Shown piece after piece: positions 51,295-64,000 of a stretch of DNA of 64,000 bases. Position 1 is the stretch's first letter; each line of letters begins with the position of its first letter. The position numbers were made by a program, and so were the translations under genes. The stretch lies in the NCBI GenBank assembly GCA_032718475.1, contig JAUCBJ010005230.1, forward strand, positions 1 through 64,000, given 5' to 3'. The stretch comes from Nemertoderma westbladi. Its lineage: Eukaryota; Animalia; Xenacoelomorpha. The notes under the pieces were generated by a model. The model was not told the DNA's origin. It saw nothing but the letters and a program-made list of their open reading frames with translations, and did not search any database.

Positions 51295-53767
51295 CTAGAA
51301 AGCCAGTGGCCCTTCGGGCCACGGCTTTCTAGTTCACAAGCCTATTCACCATTCCAAACATTAATTAATTAATTAACTTAACAAAACTTCATATGATTGA
51401 GAGTGTTCTCTCAAACAAAAGGACTGATGCTGTTTTACTTTTCAGATATCTACACTGTTCAACGTCCTTCACATAGATGCAGCCTTATGATGTAGTACAG
51501 TAGACCTCTGACAATTATCAGCGTAAAAGCATTTTTAATAAATAAATGTGAGAATGTTTTTACTTTTCAGATTCAGATTTTTCGCACCCTAGCAGTAGAC
51601 TGGAAATCCGCAGACTGGTTAGCGTCCTCCCCATACAAACAGCCTATGGTCATCATGCCTTTCCCAAGTATAAGCAAAAAAGCATTAGAAACAACGAAAT
51701 GGGAGAAGAATTTCACTTGAGACATTTCACCCTCTAGCGGAAGACTGAGAAATTGCAGATTGGTCAGAGTTTTCCACAAACACGCAGTCTATGGTGTAGT
51801 AGACCTCTGACAAGTATCAGCCTAAAAGCATTAGAAACAACGAAACGGGATAAGGTTTTCACTTTCAGACATTTCGCCCCTTAGCGGCCGAATGGAGAAC
51901 TGCAGTTTGTTCGGCGTCTTACCTAGACACACACCCTATGGTGACTACACATCTGGCAAGTGTCAGCCTGAAATCATATTAATAACGAATTGGGATAAGG
52001 TTTTCACTTTCAGACATTTGGCCCCCAAGCGGTAGACTGGATAAATGCAGACTGGTTATAGCTTCTCCCCAAACACACAGTCTATGGTGTAGTAGACCTC
52101 TGCCAAGTATCAGCAAAAAAGCATTATAAACAATGAAATGCATAAAGGTTTTCACTTTCAAACATTGCGCCCCCTAGCGGCAGACAGAGCTATTGCAGAT
52201 TGGTCTTAGTTCTCCACAAACACGCAGTCTTTGATGTAGTAGACCTCTGACAAGTATCAGCCTAAAAACATTATAAACATCAAAATGGGATAAGGTTTTC
52301 ACATTCAGACATTTCGCCCCCTAGCGGCCGAATAGAGAACTGCAGGTTGTTCGGCGTCCTCTTCAGACACACAGCCTATGGTGTAATACACATCTGCCAA
52401 GTGTCAGCCTAAAAGCATTATTAATAACGAAATGGTATAAGGTAGGTTTTCACTTTCAGACATTTGGCCCCCTAGTGGCAGACAGAGGAATTGCAGATTG
52501 GTCAGAGTTCTCCACAAACACGCAGCCTATGGTGTAGTAGACCTCTGCCAAGTACCAGCCTATAAGAATTATAAACAACGAAATGGGATAAGGTTTTCAC
52601 TTTCAGATATTTCGCCCCTTAGTGGCCGAATGGAGAACTGCTTGAGAACTGGGGCGTCCTCCACAGACACACACCATATGGTGTAATACACATCTGCCCA
52701 GTGTCAGCCTAAAAGCATTATTAATAACGAAATGGGATAAGGTTTTAACTTTCAGACATTTGGCCCCCTAGTGGCTGACAGAGGAATTGCAGATTGGTCA
52801 GAGTTCTCCACAAACACGCAGTCTATGGTGTAGTAGACCTCTGCCAAGTATCAGCCTAAAAGCATTATAAACAACGAAATAGGATAAGGATTTCACTTTC
52901 AGATATTTCGCCCCCTAGCGGCCGAATGGAGAACTGCAGGTAGTTGGGCGTCCTCCACGGACACACACCATATGGTGTAATACACATCTGCCAAGTGTCA
53001 GCCTAAAAGCATTATTAATAACGAAATGGGATAAGGTTTTCACTTTCAGACATTTGGCCCCCTAGCGGTAGACTGGAGAAATGCAGACTGATTCTAGCTC
53101 CTGCCCAAACACGCTGTATTGTGTAGTAGACCTCTGCCAAGTATCAGCAAAAAAGCATTATAAACAAAGAAATGGGATAAGGTTTTCACTTTCAGATATT
53201 TCTCCCCCTAGCGGCAGACTGGGGAATTGCAGATTGGTCAGCATCCTCCCCAAACACACAGCCTATGGTGGAGAAGACCTCTGCCATGTATCAGCTAAAA
53301 GGCTTCAATAATAACGAAATGGGAGATGTTTTCAGTTTCGGATATTTCGCCCCCGAGCGGCAGACTGGAGAACTGCAGATTGTTCAGTGTCCTCCCAAAC
53401 ACACAGTCTATGGTCGGGAACAGATCTGCAAAGTATCATTTAGAACAGATTAAGTCTGGTATCAAAAAGTAGCATAGTCGTTACCCAACGTGTCGAGTGA
53501 CAGAATGAACTGCTAGGCCTACCGCGCTACACCGGTACCGAATTCACGAAATTCGCATTCACGCAAACAAACGCGTAAAATAAGACTCGAGATAGCGACA
53601 GTGCACGTGCTCGTGACGTGAGCTTTCGTTCGATGTATCGCGAGCTCCGATTGGTGCTTGTGTGTAGAAACGTATAGCTTGGACAGACAAACAAACAAAC
53701 AGACAGACATGTATAGCTTGGACAGACAAACAAACAAACAGACAGACATGATATTTATATATATAGA
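51295..53767 (-). mobile_element. Non-autonomous Helitron B with an internal ~120-bp tandem array
   Basis: A|TCTATATATAT 5' end, (GTCT/GTTT)n microsatellite, hairpin plus CTAG 3' end; array at about 51560-53430. Confidence 0.88.
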
Positions 53768-53955
53768 TTATTATGTAAAAAATATAAAACTAAAGATATC
53801 ACGGGAAATTAAATTTTCGGCCTCCACTAGCCACTTTCCTGCACAACGACAATATATTTACTTAAATAAAACCAGTAATGAACAGCTCATGGTGATCCTG
53901 AACAGTTATTATAGATATTTTGTTATGTTCAGACGTTTCTTATATTATCTTCCAG

Positions 53956-54130
53956 TCAAATGTTGCGTCAAACCTTCGACAAAGTTGAAACGGTGGATGT
54001 GTTGGACAGTAAAGACACCTCCCATTTGGCCTTATTACAAAGACCAGAATTAGGTGTCACCTTTACTAAGCTCCACTGCTGGAGTTTGATTCAGTACACC
54101 AAAGGAGTCTACCTTGACGCGGATACTCTG
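53956..54130 (+). CDS. GYG1: Glycogenin exon containing the DAD motif
   Basis: [40 protein letters not shown]; ttccAG acceptor and GTAAGT donor; phases compatible. Confidence 0.96.
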
Positions 54131-54211
54131 GTAAGTCTCTTGATTGGTTTATTCAGACTTTTATGATGGCCGCTGATGTGATAATGTTCAGAATTTGATA
54201 GTTTGACATAT

Positions 54212-55390
54212 CGGTACTCAATGAGTGAGTACCCCCGATGGCCGGTACTCAATGAGTGAGTACCCCCGATGGCCGGTACTCAATGAGTGAGTACCCCCGA
54301 TGGCCGGTACTCAATGAGTGCGTACACCCGGTGGCCGGTACTCAATGAGTGAGTACCCCCGATGGCCCGTACTCAATGAGTGAGTACACCCGATGGCCGG
54401 TACTCAATGACTGAGTACACCCGGTGGCCGGTACTCAATGAGTGAGTAGCCCCGATGGCCCGTACTCAATGAGTGAGTACCCCCGATGGCCGGTACTCAA
54501 TGAGTGAGTACACCCGGTGGCCGGTACTCAATGAGTGAGTACACCCGGTGGCCGGTACTCAATGAGTGAGTACCCTCGATGGCCGGTACTCAATGAGTGA
54601 GTACACCCGGTGGCCGGTACTCAATGAGTGAGTACCCCCGATGGCTGGTACTCAATGAGTGAGTACCCCCGATGGCCGGTACTCAATGAGTGAGTACACC
54701 CGGTGGCCGGTACTCAATGAGTGAGTACACCCGGTGGCCGGTACTCAATGAGTGAGTAGCCCCGATGGCCGGTACTCAATGAGTGAGTACCCCCGATGGC
54801 CGGTACTCAATGAGTGAGTACCCCCGATGGCCGGTACTCAATGAGTGCGTACACCCGGTGGCCGGTACTCAATGAGTGAGTACACCCGGTGGCCGGTACT
54901 CAATGAGTGAGTACACCCGGTGGCCGCTACTCAATGAGTGAGTACACCCGGTGGCCGGTACTCAATGAGTGAGTACACCCGGTGGCCGGTACTCAATGAG
55001 TGATTACACCCGGTGGCCGGTACTCAATGAGTGAGTACCCCCGATGGACGGTACTCAATGAGTGAGTACCCCCGATTGTCGGTACTCAATGAGTGAGTAC
55101 CCCCGATGGCCGGTACTCAATGAGTGAGTACCCCCGGTGGTCGGTACTCAATGAGTGAGTACCCCCGGTGGTCGGTACTCAATGAGTGAGTACCCCCGAT
55201 GGACGGTACTCAATGAGTGAGTACCCCCGATGGACGGTACTCAATGAGTGAGTACCCCCGATGGACGGTACTCAATGAGTGAGTACACCCGGTGGCCGGT
55301 ACTCAATGAGTGAGTACCCCCGATGGCCGGTACTCAATGAGTGAGTACCCCCGATGGCCGGTACTCAATGAGTGAGTACACCCGGTGGCC
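54212..55390. repeat. 31-bp tandem minisatellite (about 38 units)
   Basis: ggtactcaatgagtgagtac(c/a)cccg(a/g)tggcc; the unit contains a gtactca/tgagtac stem. Confidence 0.97.
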
Positions 55391-56084
55391 ATCAATCAAT
55401 CAACTCAATGTAAAATATTGTCAACCAAAATGAGTTCCGAAAAGGTGGAAGGTGTACCCTTGGGCCCATTTAGCACTCAGCTCAACTCCAATTTATTTAT
55501 TTAATATCACCTGGCAGCAATTCTCGAGCTGAATATTTATTTATTACTACCGGTACTTCCATCCTGTTTCACTGTAACATAGTTGAGGCCGGTAGGTCCG
55601 CTGTTAGAGATAGGATATGCAACTTAAAACTGACTGTTAAATATATCTAGGCAGGAAAGCGAGTGTGAGAAGAAGGTGGCTGAACTGGTTAGCTGTGCTG
55701 ATGAGACCTAATAAGCCGAAACACTATAGCGCTGGTTCAACCCCCGCTGTCAATAGGCCTTCAATCCTACAATCTTGATCCAAATTTCTTGAAATAAACT
55801 TTTTTTGGATCCAGCACAATCGACTCAACAAAATGTATCTTTTATAATTTTTAATTAGCTAATTATAATATAATTAATTAATTAAAAAATTAAAATAAAA
55901 TTACTTAAGAAAAAAATTTGAATTATTTTGATTAAAATCAGCTATAATATTGAATTATAAAGAATTTTTCGAAATTCTATAAGATAAATGTTAAAGAACT
56001 GCCGAAACAATTTCGAATGAGCCTAAACTCATGGCATTTGGTTGAAAAATGGCGGAGGAGTTAGTGTGTTTTAAAAATGAAAAA

Positions 56085-56700
56085 TGTCATTCTGAGATAA
56101 TTGCCTTTAAAGTTTGAACCTTCCCGCGCAAAATCTGTCTGTTAATATATAAGAATGTCTGCCAACAACACCATGCTAAGATTTTTGCCATGGGGGTTTT
56201 CATGGTCGCCGATTTCATTTCTGAGGTCAGTTTTCACTTTTAATGAAATCTAGTTAGTCTGTATGTCTGTCTGTCGGTCTATCTTCACTACCCGACAATC
56301 TGTCCGTCAAATATTATAAATGGGAACACCATCCAGCTAAAAGTTTAGCTTAGGTTTTCCTGGTCGCAGAATTAATTTCGAGTTTCAGTTTTAATATTTG
56401 ATGACTTCCAAATTGTCTGTTTGGCTGTGAGGCTTTCGGTTATATTTCGACGGATAGACTGACAGGCATACAGACATAAACGACGAGGCCAAATTTGAAT
56501 AATGATATCAGAAATGAAGTCACCGAACCCCCCCCCCCCCCCCCCCCCCCGATCCAAGGACTTTTTTAGACAGATAATATGCTTTTTATTGACGGACAGA
56601 CCAGGCCGACAGTCAGTTGTACATACAGCCATATCTCGAGAAGTAAGATAGATCTTGCTAAACGGTTTTCAAATTTGGAATCTTGATAAAATCTGTTCTA
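56085..56700 (+). repeat. Copy of the 13270-13930 dispersed family
   Basis: Colinear similarity over about 600 bp. Confidence 0.8.
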
Positions 56701-56844
56701 GATTAAATCGTAAAATAACTTTTAATCACTGAATAATTTGTATACAATCTAGGAAATGATACTTGAATTATAAATTTTAATTCAACTTTATCTCTCAATT
56801 TTTTAGTAAAACTACTAGGCCGAGCTCGGACAGTGGAAATGAGA

Positions 56845-58390
56845 TAGTGCTACTATCGGCATGCTGCATTCGCATTGGTGTCGTATTATACATATTAAGA
56901 ATGCTGTGCCAGCTTGTCAAAATTGAGCCGCCACAACTCTCACGATCATCACTCGCATCTTATGGCCAGTGCCATTTAAAAGGCGTCTGATGAAAGTCAT
57001 GGGCCGTCCACCATGGCCCCTGAGGCCGACAAAGCACAAGTTTATGCACTGGTTGGTCTTCACGCCGAAGGCAATATCCTGCAAAACGGAGGCGGTACCG
57101 TTTACGTGTCAAGCTAGTGGAGAATAGTGTAAAATCTCAATTATGGAGATTATTGGAGATGTGTTCATTGTACTTGACACAACGAACCCGTAGTCTTAGC
57201 ATTCTTGCAATTCTAGCAATGGCGTAGCAAGTGTCATCCAGAGATTGGTGTCCTCTGCAGATTGAGCCCAGCATGGACTCCCATATAAGAGTACTGGTTC
57301 TACTGCTGCCATAAATTATCGAACCTTGATGTTCCGTTTAATTCTATGGGACTTCCAATTCCAAATCCTGGACAGACTATTTAATGCTGCCCATGCCTTT
57401 CCCTTACTATGAGTGTCTTTTGGATTCATGATCTCAAGTAGCACAAGGTGTCCACGTGCTCAAGCAAGCCATTCCTGGAGTTTATGCCCTTACGATCAGA
57501 AAATTTTTTGAGGGCAGTCAGAGTTCACTGTCGAAATTTTGGTCTTCTTGCAGTTATAAAAAAAAACAGTAATAGAATCAAGCAATCAACCTGCCTCAAT
57601 GAGCAGGGGAGCCTGTTAGCTCCCTCTAGTGATTCTGACAGTACCCCTAAGTCATCAGCAAAGTCTAGATCAGTAAGGTACTTTGCTGGATTTACTCTAA
57701 TTCTTGTGTCAGTAAGGGGTGTTACCATTACCCCATCTTAATTAAGATAGTCTAAGGTCATGCGTAGGACATAGTCATAATTAATTATGATTAAGAATGA
57801 TGCAAATAGATACAAATGTGGTGGAACCATCGAACAGTGATCGGATACTAGCTGCAATAATTTCCTCAGGAGTCCCATATGCTGCCAGTATGCTGAACAT
57901 ACGTGGTCGGGAGACTGAGTCGAAGTCTTTAAAGAAGTCAACATTAAAGAAGTTGATAATTCTTCGATTATCCTTTTAAGTGCCAGAATAAGCTCCTTGG
58001 TCCCACGACCCTTACGGAACCCATTATGATTTCCATGGAGCAGTCTCTCAATGGGATCCCTAATGCGATTTAATGTAATTCTGTTGTATAGCTTTGCAGC
58101 AATCGAGATCAATGAGATTTCCCGAAAAGAACCATAGATTGTTAGGTTTCCCTTCTTAAGAGCTGGCACCAACTTATTTGTTTTCATTTGTTGAGGGACT
58201 CTCTTTGTCCTATACATGTCCACAATAATGGGATAAATAAGCTTCAATTTTAAAAATTAAAAAAAGGACTTTCAAAGACCTCATGGGGCACGCCATCTAC
58301 TCCACTGGCACGATTAGTCTTAATGATCTTTGCAGCAGTCTTGATTTCAGCAAAGGAGGTGTCACCGATGGGGATATATGTGAGCACATT
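56845..58390 (-). mobile_element. RTE-type LINE family 1, older degenerate copy
   Basis: Homologous to 6590-8163 (KTNKLVP, LTDLDFADDLG, same 3' UTR gcagcatgccga). Confidence 0.9.
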
Positions 58391-58450
58391 TCTTAATTAG
58401 TTTTATTTAGGGTGTGTATTTGTTTTAATGTCGCTGTTTCGATTCTTTAG

Positions 58451-58613
58451 GTGATGACAAATATCGATGAATTGTTTGACCGCGAAGAATTCAGTGCGGC
58501 ACCAGATGTTGGCTGGCCGGATTGTTTCAACTCTGGAGTTTTTGTTTTCCGTCCTTCATTATTTACTTACAACGAGTTACTACGACACGCAGTTACTGAA
58601 GGAAGCTTTGATG
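58451..58613 (+). CDS. GYG1: Glycogenin exon; the gene continues beyond the window
   Basis: [40 protein letters not shown]; ctttAG acceptor and GTTAGT donor. Confidence 0.96.
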
Positions 58614-58825
58614 GTTAGTACGATATCAATGACCCCTTATTTTTGAAATTTTTTTTTATGATCCTTTCCTGTACAGAATTTGATAAGATTTAATGACGCC
58701 GTATTCTAACTAACTCACTAACTTAATCTGTGCTGCATGCAAAAGTGCTGCATGTAGCTTTGCTGTACTGTTTGTATACGTACAGTAGCCTAATACCAAT
58801 GGAAAGGAGAAGTTACATTCCCACC

Positions 58826-60240
58826 ATAGATAGATAGATTTATTTATACATTATGTAAAAACAATAACAAATACACCAAACAATGTACCGGTATAAAGGT
58901 ATTGTCCAACATAACATATAGGATTACCCCTAAAGCTTTGCAGCTTATTTCCAAGGGGGTCCTTTATGTTACTTGGTTACAAATACAATATTACACTACG
59001 CTAACCTAAAACCAATATAAAACGTAATTACACTATGTACATGTACAACTTTACCGAGAGCGTGACAATGCCCGACTCAACGATAAAGATACACAAGGTA
59101 CAGAACAATTTATTATAAAACGTAATTACAGTATAAATAGTAAATAATTAATAAACTAATAACTTACTGTAGGACTATTGTACCTATTTTTACATTGCAC
59201 ACGGAGGTGAGATTTAACTGCTGATTTAAAAGAATGTTGATTATTTAGGTTTTTAATTTCATTAGGCAGAGCGTTCCAATTTTTTATGCCGTTAAAAAAG
59301 AAAGTATCAGATTCAAAGGATTTACAATTCGGGAGGTAGAAGTTTGAAGCACTAGCTCTGGTACTGTAAGAGTGTGTATCGCGTACTCTGTTGAATTTTT
59401 GTTTTAGGTAATTGGGACATTTACCATTATACACTTTATGCACATGGTTAAGGCGTAGCTGCTTAACTCTACTATCTAAGTTAAGTAGTCCAGATTCAGA
59501 AAAGTCATCTGGAGTTAGGTGGTGCCTAGGTTTGTAGTCTTTAATAAATCGTACTACTTTATTCTGAGCTACTTGTAATTTACATTTAAGCTGTTTGGTT
59601 AAGCCTTCATACCAAGAAGAGCACGCATAGTCCATGTGACACTGTATTAAAGAAGAGCAAAGTAACTTGCGGGAGTCGGTGTTCAAACTATTTTTATTTC
59701 TGTATAGAAACCTAAGCCTACTGTTAACTTTCGAGAAAATATTTTTCACTGTACTTTCTCCTGATAAGCAGTTATCCAATGTGGCGCCTAAATATTTAAC
59801 TACCTTTTTATTTTCAATCTTATGTCCATTACTAGTGACTTCAAACTTAGTTACCTTCTTTAACTTTCTTTTGGAACCAAACAAAATACTTTCAGTTTTA
59901 CCGTAGTGAATGGATAGCTTATTATCAACCAACCACTCATTACAGGATTCTAGAACTGCACTTAACTTTTGGGAAATATGGATAGGATCTTTATGAGAGA
60001 AAATAAGAGCACTGTCGTCGGCATATAAAATGAGTTTAAAATCGGGATCTATACTACTTATCATATCATTTACATAGCATACAAAAAGCAGAGGACCTAA
60101 TATACTACCTTGCGGTACACCACAGGTAATCTCTTGTACAGTAGACTGCGATTTGCTAATGACTACAGTTTGACCTCTGTCTGACAGGTAGGACTTGAAC
60201 CAGTCTATAGAACCTACACCCATCAGGCCTAACTTACCAA
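58826..60240 (-). mobile_element. CR1/L2-group (Crack-like) LINE, 5'-truncated with an open C-terminal RT frame
   Basis: GVPQGSILGPLLF, LYADD, KYLG, HSYSTR, WNALP; 3' UTR ggacccc..ggaaataag stem, AATAAA and (TCTA)n tail. Confidence 0.92.
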
Positions 60241-61085
60241 CCATAGTTAGCAATGAAGCTAAAAATAGCTCAATAGGTGACAGACAACACTTTACCTTGT
60301 GAGATGGGATATAGCTACAATACCTCTGTAATGTGGAGCGGGGTCATGTTCACACGGAAGTATCTTCCAGTTTATCACTCAACAACTAATAAAGTCCGTT
60401 GGTAGAGTAGCAAAGCATTTACAAATCAGGGGCGGGGGTCAATAAGCTGCTGTTGATATTAACGGAGACATTACAAACCTATGAAATGGTTACAATATGC
60501 TAATTGTAGCTATATCAATAACTTTGTGTACAAGTAAAATAAAGTTATTAGAGAACGTGAGCCTGAAACACCGGCATGTATAAGATGATTTAATGTTTGT
60601 TTCCCTCACTGAATATGTTTGTGCATTGCATTGCGGCGCACCCCCCCCCCCCCCCCCCACCCCCCACCTCCATCCATTACTGCCTTACGGAAATATGCAT
60701 ATTATACATAACATATTAAATCTAAGTTAATTTAACCATCTGAATGGTACACATCAAATATTGCTGCATACTTGTGGTTTACTCCACTGTACTGTATGAT
60801 TTGAATGAATACCATTAGATAATTAAACATTATAAAAAATATTAAAACATAAAATTTATCATGAAAATTTAAGAACAAATTGGTCCGGGTTTTAGTCATT
60901 AAATTTTTAGGACCGCGAGTTTATGAACCGGTTTTGGAATTTTTGGGGCCGGTTTTTAGGAATTCAATTTCAAGAATTTAAGAATAGAAACCCTAATTAA
61001 AATTGTCATGTAACCCTTAAGTCATATTAATACATAATTTTAAAATTTTTACATTACATAAGAAATTCCACAAAATTTCTTAGAT

Positions 61086-63531
61086 TAGAGCCTTATTTTG
61101 TAATTGGGCTGGGTTACGCAATGAGGACGGCCACAAAGGGTGAAGATCTGGGATTCACACTCCAAGAACGCAGAAGTAGTAGATATCCGGCAACTACAGT
61201 CACAGACACCGACTTTGCGGATGACATCGCCCTGGTAATGATACTAAATTTCGTGTTTTGTGACGGGACGGAAATTCAGAAACATTATACCCCACAGTAT
61301 CTGTCTAGTGATATGGAATAATATTATTATGTCATATATTACTAGCACCCATTGATGCCTAGATACCAGTATAAAATTCTAAAGTTGCTTGCTATGTTGT
61401 CTATAGTGAAAAAACAAAAATGTGACGGGACGGAATCACAAAACATGAGTAATAATTTGTCAAAAGTTTAATTCAATACTCTTGTGAATTGTCTGACTCT
61501 AATCTTCTGTCCCTTTCTAATTTGAATAATAGCCATATACTTTATCCAAAAAGTAAAAATGATCCAAGTTTCCTATCATATTTTAAAAAATATAGTCATT
61601 TATAAAACATTTACTCGCGTGACGGGACGGAATGTGACGGGACGGAAAAAATGACAAGGTGATGAAAGGCCATAAATATTATTTATATTTTGTAGTTTTG
61701 ATGTTTATTTAAAATTTAATAATTTATTTAGGTTAGCAATTTATTACCTTAGATAATTCAGCTGCTTTTATTGACGTGGTGCTCAATTAAAAGCCAATAA
61801 GGTAGCCAAGACCTATATATAACACCCTCACCACTACACTCACAGCATCCAACGAGTGCTGTGAACTGAAACTATTTTTTTTGGGAACTGAAACTGGAAC
61901 CTAAATAAACAGCCTCATTCAAACTGAAACTAGAATCAGAAACTGAATCCATTTTTTGGGAAATTGGAACTATAATACTAATAAACAGGTTCTATTCGAA
62001 CTGAAACTAGTCAAATAATGTTTCAGTTCTTAGCACTACTACCTCCGCCGCCAACAACAACAACAAAGTACAAACATCATGTGATCCAATGTTTATTACA
62101 AACAAACATACTGTAGTCCTACAAAATTTAATTTAATTTGGCCTACCTAGCTGTTGATTTTGCTGAGATATGTTGACATTCAAAAATTGATCCAGACATA
62201 TGGACAGACAGGCAGACATGAACAGACATACAGATGGACAAGGTAAATATTTCCCGTACTAAAACTGTATGTTAACTTCTATTACGTATCACAGACATCG
62301 TTGCTCCGTTGACAAGTAAAATATATATAAGTAAAATAGGAATTCCAGGAACTCGTCGCCCGTGACGGGACGGAAATAATATAAAATTCCGTCCCGTCAC
62401 GAACATGTTATGCAGGGTCCAGTCCAAAACTACTTAACCATTGAGGCTCTAACTTGCTGAATATATACTACATATGTTGTCTCAGAACTTTGTACAGTTT
62501 CATATAAATTAAGTCTTTCACAGAAATGTAGCAATTAATAATAGTCAACCAAATAGTGACGGGACGGAAAATTACACTTTGTTTTATAATTTACAACCAT
62601 CTACAATGGCATTGTTTCAAACAGTATACACCACAATGGACAACTTACTAGTGTACTAAGGTAACATAACATTGAATTAAAATTATTATCTTCAAGACTG
62701 GGATTTTCCAGAAAATATGATTCCGTCCCGTCACGATAATTTCTTGCCATTCTCATCTTTAGAGTGGAATTTTTCAAAAACGGTACCAGTACTCGATTAA
62801 TCACTATTGAATCCATAAAATATAACAATGTGTTGCTACAAAAATAAACTCGGATATTTGTTAGCTCTTAAAAAAATAATTGACCCCGGTGTTGACGAAT
62901 TTAGGATCATTACCCCCTGCTCTTTAATACGCTAGCAGATGCACAGCTTCTACTAAATAAAGTGGAGAGGGCTGCTAAGGAGGTTGGATTGCATATAAAT
63001 GCTACCAAGAACGAATTCATGACCTTTAATGTTGATGGAAACTTGACAACCATTGATAATAATCAACTAAGGAAGGTCGACGACTTCCATTACCTTGGAT
63101 CATGGATAGAGAGTAGCAAAAAGGACATAGAAGTTAGGAAAGCAAAGGCTTGGGTAGCTCTATCAAAAATGGATACCATCTGGAAATCAGATCTCTCCAG
63201 GCACCTGAAGACCAAGTTCTTTCGAGCCACAGTGGAAAGTGTATTTTTATACGGGGGTGACTATACGTGATTACGACGAACGCAGATTAAGATTCAGTGG
63301 GCACTGCTGGCGAAGTAAAGACGAGGTCATACCAGATCTACTTCTCTGGCAACCAACTCATGGAAAGCGTAGTCGTGGACGACCGGCCATAACATATATA
63401 GATCAAAACTTGAAAGGGATACTGAACTTAGGAGAAACGAAATTGCGACAACTATGGGGAATCGGGAAGTCTGGAAGGATCTCATTTCCACTGTCCGAGT
63501 TCGCTCGACCTAGTAGTAGTAGTAGTAGTAG
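61086..63531 (+). mobile_element. RTE-type LINE family 2 interrupted by a DNA transposon
   Basis: TDTDFADDIAL breaks at 61233 and resumes in register after 62914; (TAG)n tail at about 63511-63531. Confidence 0.9.
61234..62914. mobile_element. Non-autonomous TIR transposon with 4-bp TSD (Sola candidate)
   Basis: TIR ggtaatgatactaaatt / aatttaggatcattacc; TSD ccct; repeated gtgacgggacggaa motif in both orientations. Confidence 0.85.
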
Positions 63532-64000
63532 GGCCAAGGCCTACTAAAAGACAGGCCCGGCAGCCGGATTTAGGCCTTCAAACTTGAAGGATCAACTTTT
63601 CACAAACTGATTTCTTCATATAAAGTATCTTAAACCTTTATCGGGGGGTTTTCAAATACGCTGAGTCGATTGATTATAGTTTCAAGGAGCCTTAAACAAA
63701 TCTTCAATATTATTATTATGCATTAAACAATAAACATACAGTATACTGGTGTAATTTATTACTTATAATTACTTAATTTATTAATTATTAATATTAATAA
63801 TTACTAATAATAATATTTCATTTTATTATCCGCATTTTTGAAAGGATAATTAATTTATTGTAATAATAATTTATTGCGGACATTAAAACTGTCCGCATTT
63901 TTTTCTAAAGAAAACATATTGATATCAATAACACAGCGAAGTATATGATATGTAATGAATTGATGTTACAAACAAATAGCTTCGGCGATACAGTTGTATT

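Overview
AT-rich, repeat-dense eukaryotic (probably invertebrate animal) genomic DNA. Host genes: two tandem ZC2HC1A/FAM164-like C2HC zinc-finger paralogues (A: two exons, 10948-11410 + 14244-14863; B: intronless, 23014-23979) and three internal coding exons of a glycogenin gene (45357-45498, 53956-54130, 58451-58613) that continues beyond the window. The rest is mostly transposons and tandem arrays: two RTE-type LINE families, a Crack/L2-type LINE, a Kolobok-type DNA transposon with a disabled spliced transposase, hAT/MULE and other MITEs with visible TIRs and TSDs, two head-to-tail Helitrons, and 13-, 27-, 31-, 35-, 40- and 46-bp satellites. Best candidates for novelty: (1) the 3' end of a CRE-like (restriction-like endonuclease) retrotransposon fused directly to the 3' half of a histone H3 gene, suggesting H3-targeted retrotransposition; (2) six tandem SxIP-type (EB1-binding) motifs in ZC2HC1 paralogue B; (3) short TSD-flanked insertions with a 5' foldback, one enclosing a tRNA-like sequence. 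Family calls come from motif recognition by eye, with no database searches.
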